A stretch of DNA of 64,000 nt, from the NCBI GenBank assembly GCA_964035545.1, contig OZ037769.1:558001-622000 (forward strand), in the 5' to 3' direction. The notes under the pieces are model-generated. The model ran no database searches, was not told where the DNA came from, and saw only the letters and a list, made by a program, of their open reading frames with translations. Position 1 is the stretch's first letter. Every line of letters begins with the position of its first letter. Shown one piece after another: positions 1 to 30,200 of this stretch. A program made the translations under genes and the position numbers. This stretch comes from Bugula neritina (Eukaryota; Animalia; Bryozoa).

Positions 1-528
1 GTATAATATATTTATTTGATGAGAAAGAAATAAAACATAATCATGATAATGCTGATCAATTAATAAACTAATAGAGAAATCTTAAGTGCCTCATTGTTTT
101 GAAAGAATAAAGAACCTTTATGCGCAAAAAGAACCTCCTTTCATTTATTCGCAAAAAAACATTATTTTATTGCAATAATAACATAAAGGGTTTCTAGTTT
201 GACGAAGTTATGTTACTCTCTGCTTGGTCTATATTGAAGCTAATTACTTGTGCAGTACCCTGACTTTACACATACTTTACTTATTGCTCTCTATATAAGA
301 TAAACTAACAGCTGAACATACTGTAGTATATACTGTAGAATAGTTAGCATTTCATCAATACAACTGCTTACAATAACATGTCTCACAAATTTTAAAACAG
401 TTTATAAAATGGCCATAGGAGCTAGCAATTGAAGAAGTATAAAAATCTTCTAATTGTTTTGATAATTTAAGAGTAGATACCACCCATCGTAATTTATACC
501 ACACGTTATTTAAAGAGAAGACTACTCT

Positions 529-9511
<8,983 letters not shown>

Positions 9512-12017
9512 CTCTCTATTCTAGAAAAGTAAGCATTATTGTACAAACTAAATAAAAGATAAATAATGTAAACTTGGTAATTTCTCAACATCTTGTTTAA
9601 GTAAGCATGTGAAATAAAAATAGTTTGGTAGCAATTCATAAAATAATTATGTGGAAAGTTTTCATGTAGCAAGTTTTCTAAGAATTATAATGTTGCCATC
9701 ACTCAACGATTAAAATGTTTTGAGAAAATCTATAAATAGCAGGCTAGCACTTATATAAGCTGGAGAAACATAAGTTAGACTTTAACAAAATATATCAGAA
9801 AACTTCCTAAACAATGAAAATATAATAGACGGTTGTAACTTTTGGCTGCTATGCCAATCAAAGTTTCAAAATTGATAAGTTCAAAACAAGTTCAACTTTG
9901 CATCATGAATAGCTTGCGAGTTGTTATTATGAGAGCTGCAATTCAGTTTATGTTTAAGAACTATTGTTAAATCAAGTAAAACCAAAGTGTTCAATCTTCA
10001 TTTCCTATATACTGAGTTTGTGGAATTCCCTAATTATCACCCATTTCATTTCTCAGTTGTTTTACCTGAGCACTGCAGCTGTATGTTTCACTGTTGGTTA
10101 GATTAGAACTTTTCCATGCAGTAGTTTGTTCACTTGTAACAGTTCCATTGTTGTTGCCCATAGCAACTATGCATCAGACTGCTTTTAAAGAATTGTATAT
10201 GCTTTTAACATGTGTGAAACTACTAACATAATACAAACATTTAGAATTTACACTGTATAGTATTTCATTCTTGAAGAAATATAATTTTGTTATTGATTTT
10301 GATGATAATCTGATACTTTATTTAGTTACCTGAAGTTTTATATTATTAACTATCAATAAACTCTGCAGCTTTGATAATTTATTCTTATAATGAACTTTGT
10401 TTTGATAATAATATACATTACAGGTATTATATAGTTAGTAACTCTACCCACAACTCTTATCAACTCATCACATGATAGTGACTGCTCACATGAGTTTATA
10501 ACTGATCACATGATTATAACTAATCACATGATTTTGTAACTGGTCACATGATCTCAATTGATCATGTGACACTGAATAATATGTAGGTAATGAATCTATG
10601 TTGGATATAGCATGTTGTCAAAATCTAACTCTATAACAATAAATCATGACATGGCTTACAAACAACATGTGTGATAAATGTTTACACACTTGTTTGCCCT
10701 GCATCCGGAAACTTGTCTTGGAAAGTTCAGGTATATTATAGGGAAAATATATCTTCCCTATACTCACAGAAACATACTACTTCTACACAACATGAGTGAA
10801 GTATTCCCAATACTAGGGGACAACTCTCCACAATACAAATATAATTGTTTTTTGTACCTTTAAGTTAACATGAGATTTTCACATTAAAACTAAAGGCAGA
10901 TTTAGCTTAGCATCATTACAAGCCTATGCTTTATTGTTATTAGTTTCAGGATTCTAAAATAGTTCTAAATCTCCATGTAATTAAGTTTAAATAATAAAAA
11001 CCTATTACCTCTTGAGTATTTATAGTTTTCAAAATCCCATCTAGGCTTTTCCTTAGTTGTATTACCTAGGCATCACTGCAGCTGAATGATCTAGTGTTGA
11101 TTGGAAAGGGACTTTGTCATGCAGTGGTTTGTTTACTTGGTGCTACCTTAGAGACTGAATGGGGTGATGAAACCTCAGCAAACAAAACCTTATCTCTTTT
11201 TATCAGTCTGCCTCTTCATAACACTCTATTCTAATACGTTGGGATTTGAAAACCTGCCTGAACCCCATGAATTTTGAGAGAGTATAAAGTCTAACCCTCA
11301 CAATGTGGACATGTGAGTTGACTTACTAGTTACTGACCCCTTTGGGTCTTCACTTTCACCAGCTCTACTATGGTGACTCATTAGTCTCATTCTATTACCT
11401 CTTTTTGAGTGCTAGTCTTTATTGTCTATGACACTCTTACGCAGTTAAACTGTTTGATGAAATAAATAAAATATAGATTATTTAATCTAGTAAAATTTAT
11501 GCAATGCTGTGCATAGCTTTCAGCTGCCTATCTTTACCCTGTGTGTAAACAGTGATATGCAGGCTATCCAAAAGTAGTTGATGTCACATTTTCCAGGTTT
11601 TTGTCATGCTTTATATAAACCACTTTGTCATAACAATTGAAACTGTTTGAATGGTAAACAATTTAATGACAAGATGCAAATTATAGTGTTTGCTTTAAAA
11701 GAATTTCTTCCCAAGTCCTATCACGTTGAGGCATAAGCCGACTTTAGCTTTTTGATAAATGGCTTACAAAACATAATCCTATGATTATATGGAGATAAAT
11801 ATTCATACTAATACTATTATCTGTCTCAGGAGTAGATACATTAAATGGTGCATAGTTTTCAGTGCTTGGGCCTTTAATTAATAAATTTTGTTTGTTTTTG
11901 TATACATATTAGACATTAGCTGTAATAATTGTGTAAAAATCATTTCTTAGCAAATTGCAAACAAAATGGAATCACTCATCATTACTCAAACAAAGGCAGA
12001 GAGTTATATGTATTATA

Positions 12018-14956
12018 TTATACAGCAGCTACAAGTCCTGCTCCATCCCCTTCCAACATCTTAGTGTAAGCTATAGAGAGAGTCTCATAAAATGCAGCTT
12101 CACTCTGTGCAAACTCTTCAACCTAAAACATGCAACACATGAACTAATATTAGGAGATGTGACAAGCTGTGTCAAACAGAGCAAAGTGACAGCTGTATGA
12201 CACATGTCACATATAGTGACAGTTAAAATAAGGTGACAGCTGTATGACACATGTCACATCTAGTGACAGTTAAAATAAGGTGACAGCTGTATGGCACACA
12301 TGCAGTGACAGTTTGAACAAGGTGTAAGGTGTATGACACATGTCACATGTAATCTCAGTAGGAGCAATTGGTGACAGCTGGATGACACATGTCACATGCA
12401 CTCTCAGTATGAGCAATTGGTGACAGCTGTATGACACATGTAGTGACAGTTAGAGCAAAGTGACAGCTGCATGTATGACACTACGCAGTGACAATGAGCA
12501 GCAGTTGACAGCTGCATGTATGACAGACAGTAGCAGTTGGGGCTAGGAAGGTGAAAGATGCATGACACAAAGTGACATTTGAAGCAAGGTGACAGCTGTA
12601 TGACACTACACAGTGACAGTTGGGGAAGGTGGAAGCTGTGTGATACACATGACACACAGTGACAGTTGGACTAGGAAAATGACAGTTGAAACAAATGGCA
12701 GCTGCATATATAGTAACCAGGTCACACAGTGTACATTATAGTATTATTTATAGTAGCTATATAATAGCTACTGTTGCAATGTTTTACTTACATAAACAGC
12801 TGTACTGGCAAAGGGGCAGTCATCAAACTCACAGTCAGGTTCGTCAAACTGTCCAGTGACATTGAAACTCTTGTAAATAGCCATATCTGCGTGTAGCATC
12901 ATGGAGAAGTGTTTACCTCTTATCTTGGACCATTGACTTGACCTACAAGGTGTTTTATAGTATTCTTTACTTGTTCTTTCCAGTAAAATTACATTCATGG
13001 CTGTAATACCTCCCCCAAACATTACAAAATTAATACAATTATTCGTTTCCCTAACCATCTGAACTTTAATCAATGATTTGCTGAATTTGAAGCATTCAGC
13101 TTTTAAAGAAAATAAATTTTAGGCTTTGTAGCTTCTCAACAAAACTTGTTTTATTGTACAAAATCAAAGCAACGATTTGCTGATGATAAAGTCCCATCTA
13201 TTTAAGCTTTTTTTTTCTAAAACTGATTCTTGTAATTAAAGTGGAGTTATATAATAAAACATGACTCACACTAGAAACTTTGCCATAGGTGTAACCATCT
13301 TCTGTATGAACCAGCCTGTGCCCACCATGTTTACAAAGTAATGATTGTCTAACCCAAGAGGAGTTGAGTCCCACTGTCCTTGATATCCTGAGATGTTTCT
13401 GTTACATCGGCCCAAGGTATGGAGACCTGCAAGTATATTTAATAGTAGCACACAGCTATACTTTCTCATCCTGCATCTAACTTTGTAAAGATAACTTCTT
13501 TACCATAGTTGGGTCAAACTCACAATGAGCAGTTCTATGTAGTTTATTTCAGAGGCCTTTAATATAAAACTAAAAAAATATTATCAAATTTATTTCTATA
13601 CAAAGAGTTCTAAAGAGAAACGACTGCTAGTAGTTTGGTGTAAGAGATATACTCATACCTAGCAGAGCCACAGCCTCTTTATCAGTTACATTGAAGTTGT
13701 CTTGTAGAAACAGCAGAGGACTGGTATCTATAGGGGACGGGTTGCTCTTAGCTGGGGGGTGTGCCAGATCACAGTCATTACGTCCCACTTTGAAGGGTAT
13801 GTAGATAGAACCTCCAGCTAACGTGGCAGAATACTCTAGAGCAGCTGTCGACATGAGTACGTGCACATCTGCTCTGGAAAGTTGGGGGCAGTAGGTGAGT
13901 CTGAACTCATCTGCCAGCATAACCACTGGGCCAAAGTCTACAATCAATATCACATTCTAATTTATTAATTGTATGAATCATTTTTAAATCAAAACTAGAT
14001 TTAACAAAGCAACAAAAACCTGTTTCAACTTTTTTATTACTTTTTCGCAAATAATGAACTTTTTTTCAAATTAAGCCGTTATGATTAATGTTGTGGTAAA
14101 CGCACTAATATAAATTAATATAAACAAACTAGTATATAAAGAATGCAACAAAATGGACTCACTAAGACTGCTTCCTGCTACACACCCATCACAGACTCCT
14201 CCTATGCACTCGTGGAAAGAAAGCTGAACCATGATAGGGAGGAGGTACTCCTATGGCAACAGAAAGTGTAAATTCTATTTAGCAACTTAAACATCTCTTT
14301 AAAATATCCTTCTTAGAAACCATACCATACAATGAACTGCTAATTATCTTACTATGAAAACTAAAGCTGATCACCAATACAAAAATAGCAATATATAGCA
14401 GTGATATAATATTGCTGTGAAATCAGTGCAATATAATGTTTTACAAGCTAATCAACTACACAAGTTGAACAAATATTATCAACTCAAGCATAACTATAAT
14501 CACCCCAATCAAGTATTTTACACCCAAAATGTTTCTCTCTTCGACTATAAAATATTTGATGAATTTGAACAGCCATGCAATATCCCACATTTTAATAAAC
14601 AAAATTTCAATTTTTTTTTAATAAAAACTTATAGCTGGCAGTTTGTATAGTTTTATAAAGACTATTTATAAAAATCACTTATTTTTCTGTTCATTTAGAA
14701 ACAATAAATATTAATTAAAAATTGTTTTCTGATTTACTCATACTTCTCAAAACTCGTACAAAGTCCACCTGTAGGCCTATACTATATAGTATAGTATAAA
14801 AGTCCAACACTAAAGACATACATTTTCCAGCACCAGTCTGGTCATGTTGGCTTTTAGTTCCACATAATCTGTGACGTTTGCTGACTGTGCCACCCCTCTT
14901 GTCGACAGCATCAGAAGTAAGATGCCCGTCAGCATGCTGGCTTGTGATAAGGACAT
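12018..14956 (-). CDS. Secreted heme peroxidase, peroxidase-catalase (plant/fungal/bacterial, ascorbate-peroxidase-like) superfamily, 6 coding exons, 304 aa
   Basis: Exons 14956-14822, 14250-14163, 13937-13659, 13426-13270, 12942-12792 and 12122-12018 total 915 nt, in frame. Signal peptide MSLSQASMLTGILLLMLSTRGVA. Distal helix VQLSFHECIGGVCDGC; LSRADVHVL; FKVGRNDC; proximal His EAVALLGLHTLGRC; WDSTPLGLDNHYF; MMLHADMAI; VEEFAQSEAAFYETLSIAYTKM. Confidence 0.9.
12158..12710. repeat. Degenerate ~40-50-bp minisatellite (core GTGACAGCTGTATGACACATG) in the last peroxidase intron
   Basis: More than ten diverged copies of gtgacagctg(t/c)atgacac read directly. Confidence 0.85.
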
Positions 14957-16592
14957 GCTTCCTACAAAACATTTTTTTTCAATAAATTCATGAACTAAAG
15001 TTGATTTTGTGATTAAACTTTTGTGCTTTTAGATTTGTTAGAGTAAGACTATCAACATCATTTTCAAGTTTGTTTATTTGCTACTCACAAATGGTATTTT
15101 GTTGCTGATTGTTTGTATAAAAAAATTATTGTCATTTACTTGCAATAAGATAAAATATTTAATTCATAAATATGAAATATTTTTAAAAATCAGTAATGAG
15201 TAACTGCCAAGCATATATTGAAACTGGACTTTGTAATTTTACATATGTTTACAATTTAAATTAAAGCAAAATAATTTCTAAATTTAGAAAAAGCTTATAA
15301 ATTTTTTTGCCACAAGCTTAACTAACTAATTTTGAGATGACAAAAATAGAAGCAACAAAGACAAGTATTTTCATTCTGTAAGTAAAACCTCACCTGAATT
15401 TTGTGTCTTGAAACTTATTACCTCTCACCTCTACCTAAGTTGATATTCAGCAGGTGAAATACAATTTAACTGTAGTCTACACTCACACAGGTAAAAATGC
15501 TGGTAAAACCATAAATATAACTCACCTGTATATAACAGACGTGCTCATGTGTGATAGAACTAAATACCAGCATAATACTTACAGCAGTGATTAACAGTAG
15601 CTTCTCTAACAACAGCTGCTCTGATTCCTACTTGCTATTTGTATTCTTATGGAACCTGATTTTAACTTCCTAATCAGGCAAAAGTTGTAGAAATAATGAA
15701 CTTCATTGTAAACTTTTGGTATGCTGCAATAGCCCACTCAGTAGAAACTTATATAACAACACTGAAGCCTCTTTTAGAGTTGGATGGAATATAGGCATAG
15801 AGTTGTTTTTGTTTACAACAAGTTTACTGTTATTTTATACTCTGCAACTTACCAAAAGTGTGCCTGGGACTGGAGATACAAAAGAAAGATTTTGCATACA
15901 TAAACACTTATCATTTAATATACCTATAGGTCATTATTATAAAAATCATATCATGTAAAGTGTGTTATAAACAATATTTTATATATACACAGTATGTTCT
16001 TCTACATAATATATATAGTAAACACAGTATTTTACATATTATACTATTATATACATGCAGTTTTTTACACAGCCCAGGTTACACTGTAGTACATTGTTAT
16101 ACACATCGTTCTATAATGCCTTCTTCCATACACTAAGATATATACTTCTCATCTTATATACTTATATTGCTTCATCAACTTGTTTAAATAAAGTGGACAA
16201 GGACTAACTGACTAAACATTATATAAAGCTATGCATGGATATTGTTAAAGGAGTGAGGCAGACATATTTGATTTCCGTTGTAGGATAGAATATAACACAA
16301 AGCATTCTCCACATGGGAAGTACCAGTATTATTCTGTACTAACCCTTAAAATATGCTTAATAAGGCTACTCTGCTGCATACAGTATATACTCAGCACTAT
16401 TTATGAGGGTAAAGATGTATGAAAAGTGCACCACTTAGATATACATAGATGAGTCAAAACAAGGTGAATATTTGGCACAATGATGTTCAGTAATTTCCTG
16501 ATATTGACATAAATTGTGTATGTGACTGTAAGTTGTCTCCTCATTGCAGAGTCCCGCTAAGCACTTTTATAATAAATATCACATGTCTGATT

Positions 16593-16655
16593 TACACACA
16601 CACACACGCACGCACACACACACGCACACACACGCACACACACGCACACACACAC
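16593..16655. repeat. (CA)n/(CACG) microsatellite
   Basis: Read directly. Confidence 0.9.
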
Positions 16656-17078
16656 TGTTTCAGCTAGCTGACGCCACCAAAACACAATATTATGCATAAT
16701 TTCCTTAGTAGTGGCAGTAATTCTAAAAATTGATTTATTATTTTAAAACCCATTAGCGATTATTATAAAGTCATCACCTAGCACATTTTTTTATTAAATG
16801 GTACTCAGTGAATTTTACAAAAACATGAAATTGCAAAATAAAATGTTTTGCCACTGCAGTGAGTTAATTTTTGACATTTTCAAAATTTATTTCTAAATTG
16901 ACTTCATATCTATAAAATATTAATTTAACCATTATTATTTTGCATATCTTAAAGTTCTATAATACTCAGGACTCATGAGTTTTAGTTATAAATTTGTAGT
17001 TTTTAAATCATATGGCATAGATTATGAGTTATACAATCATTTGGTCACATTAATTAGGTCATATTTATAAAATCAAAT

Positions 17079-17286
17079 TTATTAGGGCACAGTCATTAGG
17101 TCAAAGTTATTAGGTCAAAGTTACTAGGTCAAAGTTATTAGGTCGCAGTTATTAGGGCACAGTTATAATTAGGTCACAGTTATTAGGTCGCAGTTATTAG
17201 GGCACAGTTATTAGGTCAAAGTTATTAGGTCGCAGTTATTAGGGCACAGTTATTAGGTCACAGTTATTAGGTCACAGTTATTAGGT
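17079..17286. repeat. 14-bp tandem repeat (GTTATTAGGTCACA) just 3' of the IgSF stop codon
   Basis: About 14-15 copies with variants ggtcaaa, ggtcgca and gggcaca. Confidence 0.92.
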
Positions 17287-17308
17287 AATACTTCATGGCT
17301 CAATATTC

Positions 17309-24605
<7,297 letters not shown>

Positions 24606-24636
24606 GGAGACCAGCTCTGGAAAAGAGGCTAACAAC

Positions 24637-24951
24637 ATGATAATAGTATGTGACTATATGATAATAGTATGTGAATATATGATAGTAGTATGTGACTATA
24701 TGATAATAGTATGTGACTATATGATAATAGTATGTGACTATATGATAATAGTATGTGACTATAAGATAATAGTATGTGACTATATGATAATAGTATGTGA
24801 CTATATGATAATAGTATGTGACTATATGATAATAGTATGTGACTATATGGTAGTAGTATGTGACTATATGATAATACTATGTGACTATATGATAATAGTA
24901 TGTGACTATATGATAATAGTATGTGACTATATGATAATAGTATGTGACTAT
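24637..24951. repeat. 21-bp minisatellite (ATGATAATAGTATGTGACTAT), 15 copies
   Basis: Read directly; it is the source of the MIIVCDY ORF. Confidence 0.95.
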
Positions 24952-27291
24952 ATACCCAAACTATCAGCTGAAACAGACTTGAATATAATTATACGTGTCA
25001 TAAATTATACATATGCTTTATAGCCCCTACTTGCTTGAGCTTGCAACTGTTGGAGAGGGGAGGAGTGCTATAGTCCAATATATTGGTAAATATTTTCCCC
25101 TTACCTTGTTTTGCCAGCAACTCTTCAATAGTAAGTAGATGTATGAAAGTCCTATTGATATCGAAAGCTTTTTCTAACAGCTAACTGCATTGTGTATAAA
25201 CAAAGATTTCTATTTCTCTCTTTCTTCTCACACATGTTATATTAAAACTGTATGCTCAACAATAGCCTCGAATTTTCTTACAAAATCATTGAATTGATGG
25301 CATTTCACCATGGAGTGGCTATTCATAAACCTAATATTTTTAATATAGCACAGTATTTTTTCATATTTTACTGGTGCAATTTATGACATTTTAACTAATA
25401 TTATATAGTGTTATCTTTGTTATTAAAACTTGTTAATTTTAGGCTTTCTCTCCTTTTAGTTTGTAAATGTAAGAATTACTAAAGCTTAAATTAACTTTCA
25501 CCAAATGTAATATAATTGCTTCATTATTTCAATTGCATATAATATATTACATCATATGGTGTAGTACTACTACAAAGATGTATATTACAACAATATGATG
25601 CTGCGTTGACTGTCTTTATACATAATATGTTTTATGTTTTACAATATTCACCTTTAGAATTATCTAAGATTAGTTAGCCTATGGTATATTGATACATTAA
25701 TAAAACTATCACTGGTTAATGAACGAAGCATTTTAATTGCATCTGCATCTGCAATATTTTATTTATTTTATGGCAAGTCTTTCGATATAAAATATGTCAT
25801 TAGTATGTTGTGTTACAATGTTAGAAATTATAGAGTTATAAAATATTGTTTTTTGTAAAAACAAATACATAAAAACAATCATAATTATTCATTGATGTTA
25901 GCAAAGAGTCTATAAAACAGTCAATAGAGATAAGCATATCACAGCGCATCAAACTGCTTTTTTTAAATTTTAAGGGTAGAATGAAGTTACAATAAAATTA
26001 TAGTTATATAATCATATGGTTTAGTAAGTGTATGATTAGAACAGGCAATTTTTTTCCAAAATAATAGGTTAGGTCAAGAATTACTAAAGTTATTCAGTAG
26101 CAACTTGCTAACTTTGATTCGTGCGTAAAATATATATAATTCCAATAGATTCCTGCATAATAACTTTTAGTGTAACCAATCAGAGTTCAGTATGAAATGA
26201 CTCGGTATAGCTTGAATTATTAACTAGTATTTAACCAGTTGTAATGTGGGTAGTTGTGACAAATAGTGGTGTTGGTTGCTGACATCCATGTTTAATGAGC
26301 TCTTTAGGCAGCGCAGTCAACTTTCAGCACTAACTTAAATGGCAGTCAATATTTGAAGGTCCTAACACTTATATCTCACACAATGCGTCAAAAGAAAAAT
26401 CTTTTTTGAAAAAGATTGCAAGTTATTCTCCAGTATGAGCTTAGATTTTAGCAGCATGATTTTATAATTAGAAGAAATAGACTTCTGCACGTTTAGCTTT
26501 TGATTAGCAAAGTACTATGCAATAGTTAAATAATCTTATTCAATTGTAGGGTCGGTTGTAAAACCAGTTCGACATATTGTAATGAAATAGTGCTAAATAC
26601 TGCTGTTGTATATCTTTGAAGTAGATGTGATGTGCATATGACATACTAATCTTTATAAAGTATAAGTACAAGTTTAGAGTGATGCATTATTAAGTTAGTA
26701 GCTAGTATTAGCTAGTTAGTAGTATAATGTATATGTTAAGTAGCTAGTATATAACATATTTATAGTATATGTTAAGTAGCTAGCACATATGTAGTATGTT
26801 AGGTCACAGGCTACAAGTAAAATAAAATAATGTATACTATTTTTGTAAAAATAAAATATAATATCTGCTGACAAAGCTTTTTTATAGGCAATTACTTGCA
26901 GAAGGTTGTCATGCATGCTAGCTGTTTTGTTAATAGTTAAATACATTTGCTGCCTAGCAATTACTCTACAGAAAAGAATTGGGAGGGGTTTATGTAACAT
27001 TTGTATCCTAAAGATATGTGCATTAGAAGAATAAAAGGCCAAGACGCTAAAAGTCAAAGTTTCATCAAAATCGCATATTTTAGCAGAATTGATCAGTATT
27101 AAGTGGCACCTTGATAGGTATTCCGTGTCTAAATATAGCAGCTTCAAGCCTCGTAGAACTTAATCTTGTAACAGTTACAGCATGCATGCATAAAGCATTA
27201 TATTAGCTTAAATCAATCTGTCCCAAGTTTGCTAGAAAGAGTGATAAGAGTGGTGACATTTCTCTACTATACTAGAACTCTGTTCCTCCAT

Positions 27292-30200
27292 CTACTGTCT
27301 ATCTGTACTATCATAGAGCTCATTGTCTAGCATGTTCACCTGCCCATCTGTTTTATCATAGAGGTCATTGTCCAACATCTCCACATTGACACTCCCTGCA
27401 GGTGCTCCAGAACTGTCATATAGACTGTTGTCCACAAACTCAACTTCATCTGCTTTGGGTGGTAATACCGGGGCCTCCTCGTAGATCGGCTGGGAAGGCT
27501 GAGATGAGATCTTGGGCTTTTTGTGATGATTTGGTTGAACTGATGCGTACAACTCAGCAACATTTCTATAACAATTTAAAGTATAAAATGTGAAACTAAA
27601 GATTGAATATTTTTATCTGAAAAACTAATTGTTACAGCTGTTTACATTTATTTAATAGCACACATTCTACCTATCTGTGAATCACACACCATGTGACACT
27701 ACAGATCATGTGACTTTATAAATGATGTGACCATGCTTTTAGGGCAAAACAATTCAAATAACTAATATATGAAAGTTTATTCTAGTAATTGCACATAAAT
27801 TCTCTGTTTCTCGTAGCTCCAGTAGGAGATTGCTCATGGGGAGCAAACTTCTCACATTGACTCAATAAAAGCTGCACTAAGACTCACCTGTGCTTTTCCT
27901 TGCTCAGGTTTGGCTTCTTTGGTAGATTATTGGCTTCTTGGGAGGCAGAACTTGCTGCTACAACAGAAGGGATACAGAAAGTTAGTCTACAAGATTCAAC
28001 CACTTTAATTAATGCAAACTCAAAGCACCTTTTTATGTTATAGTAATCTTTTGCTTATCACGTAATTGGAAAATAGTGGAAACTCTGAAGTATAAAAGTT
28101 TGATTACAGCATTTAAACAAGAAGCTTCATGTTTTGATACTAATTTGCTTCTATGTATGTACTAGTAAGATCAGACAGGTTGAGGTTAGCCTGTTCCCTC
28201 TAGTTCTATCATGTCAACCTAAGAGAAACCACGCTATACTCTCAGTATACTCTACCTGAGGTTGTAGCTGCAGCATAGGTAGGGTCCAATTCAAAGGCAG
28301 GATTATCTACAAGATTATGAAAAGGATATTTTCAAATTATCAACGTAATGTAACAACTCGGACTTTTGCCAAAAAATGTGTTAATTGATTGTAGTTTAGT
28401 GTTTCGCATACTAGTTAGTGATCAAGGACATAGTTGTCTTCCCTTTTCAACTGACTTTTATATAACTAACTGTTGAATATATGCTCCAATACTTAGTGTC
28501 ATATTCCAGAGAGTGGCTGATGCATTTCCTTTAAACCATGAAGTATTATTGCTATAGCAACTTAATGCACCATGATAAATAACACTGAATACTAAATCGT
28601 ATTGGATAGAATAAACGTTGACACATTTTAGTAAATATAGTAATAATCAGTAAATACTACAGTGATCATTGACTTATACATGATACGTGTCTAAAATAAT
28701 ATATCGAGAGAAAGTAACTCTCACTATAACTAATTTTAGAGAGAAATTACATGTACCTGTAGACTGCCTGTTATTTTCTTCTACACTTGCCTTGGTTGGT
28801 CTGAAACAGATGTGAACCTCACAGATTAACGTGGTACACATTGCAGGAAACAGCAGTTGGTTATGGAAACTTGAATATGTGTCATACTACATGTTAGTGG
28901 TATAATATTCATTTAACCACAGAAATGTGTTTAAATTATGTTCTCACCAGTCAAAGAAATGTGAAAGTTTCTATGAAGTAAAAGCACAGAATATGACCTA
29001 CTCCAAAATGCATTGCATTATAATATTCACATGAGAACTGGGCAGATAAAACTGTTTTTTTAATTATTTAAAAATGAGTGTTGAAGGAAATTAGCCATGG
29101 AATGTGTATGTATGCATGTATTGAGAACTTTGGGATGCAGGTACAGTATACAATCAGTTACGAATAATCTGTGATGAAGTGCACTGATTGGCTGACTCTA
29201 ACATTCCCATCATACTATAGACTCTATAAGCTCTGGAAATTTTTGAAAACTTCAGGGCAACTTTTAAATAAATATTACACTTATTTTTTTCATTAATTGA
29301 TATGGTGAGATGTATATAACTCTACAATTGATACAAATAATTTCTTGAAACAAAGGCTAAATATAAGCAGAGCAATATTTTTTTTTTTAGTTACTATAAT
29401 TGCCGTTTACAAATTCACTAGTCGAGAAATGAAATATATGTTTTTACAGGACAACATTTACGATAACATACTGCTATACAGTAATAAGTATATAATATGA
29501 TGCATTGTGGGATAGCCTGCATGAGTACCAACCTATGACGTAGACATCTAGCTATTAGGATCACTACTATAATCACCACCACCAGGGCTCCCCCTCCAGC
29601 TATCAGGGCAATGTGATATGGTTCTAAGATTTTTCCTGCATCTGCAAGGGGATATCAATACAGTAACATAACTTGTATCAAAGCAATACATATACAATAT
29701 CAAAATATTATATTCAAGATGTTAGCATATATTTATACAATTTTCTCAATTTCTTTTCTAATCATCAGGAAGAAAAGCTATGCAATTATGCAGTATTCTT
29801 TAAATATTGCTTGATTCAAATAAATCAATTTCAATATACTATGTATATATATAGCATAATATAATATAATTCAGAAATACATATAGAAATCAGTAATTAT
29901 CTTGTTGTACACTGCATTTCTTATTCTGTGTACAAAAAATTGTTTACCTCTAATTTATACTACTACCTCTACTTCCTGTTCATTACCATTACCATTACCT
30001 TTATTTTCAACACAACCAGGGTCATGTGACCAGTTACCAGACTCTGTACAGATAGGATCTGTAGTCTTAGAATAACCATCATCACATGAGTAGAGTAGAT
30101 TATCTCCTCCGTAATATCTGTCCAGTGTGATGGTACCACTAGCTAGGGTTAGTGCTGCTGGGTCACACTCAGCTGTTATAAAATACATTATACAAGTATG

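Noticed and set aside
12158-12710. Repeat with variable intervening sequence, superficially CRISPR-like
   Set aside because: Degenerate intronic minisatellite; the 'spacers' are related to each other, there are no cas genes, and the context is eukaryotic.
14715-14972. 85-aa ORF from the ORF track as the peroxidase first exon
   Set aside because: Wrong frame; the signal-peptide frame starts at 14956 and splices at 14822.
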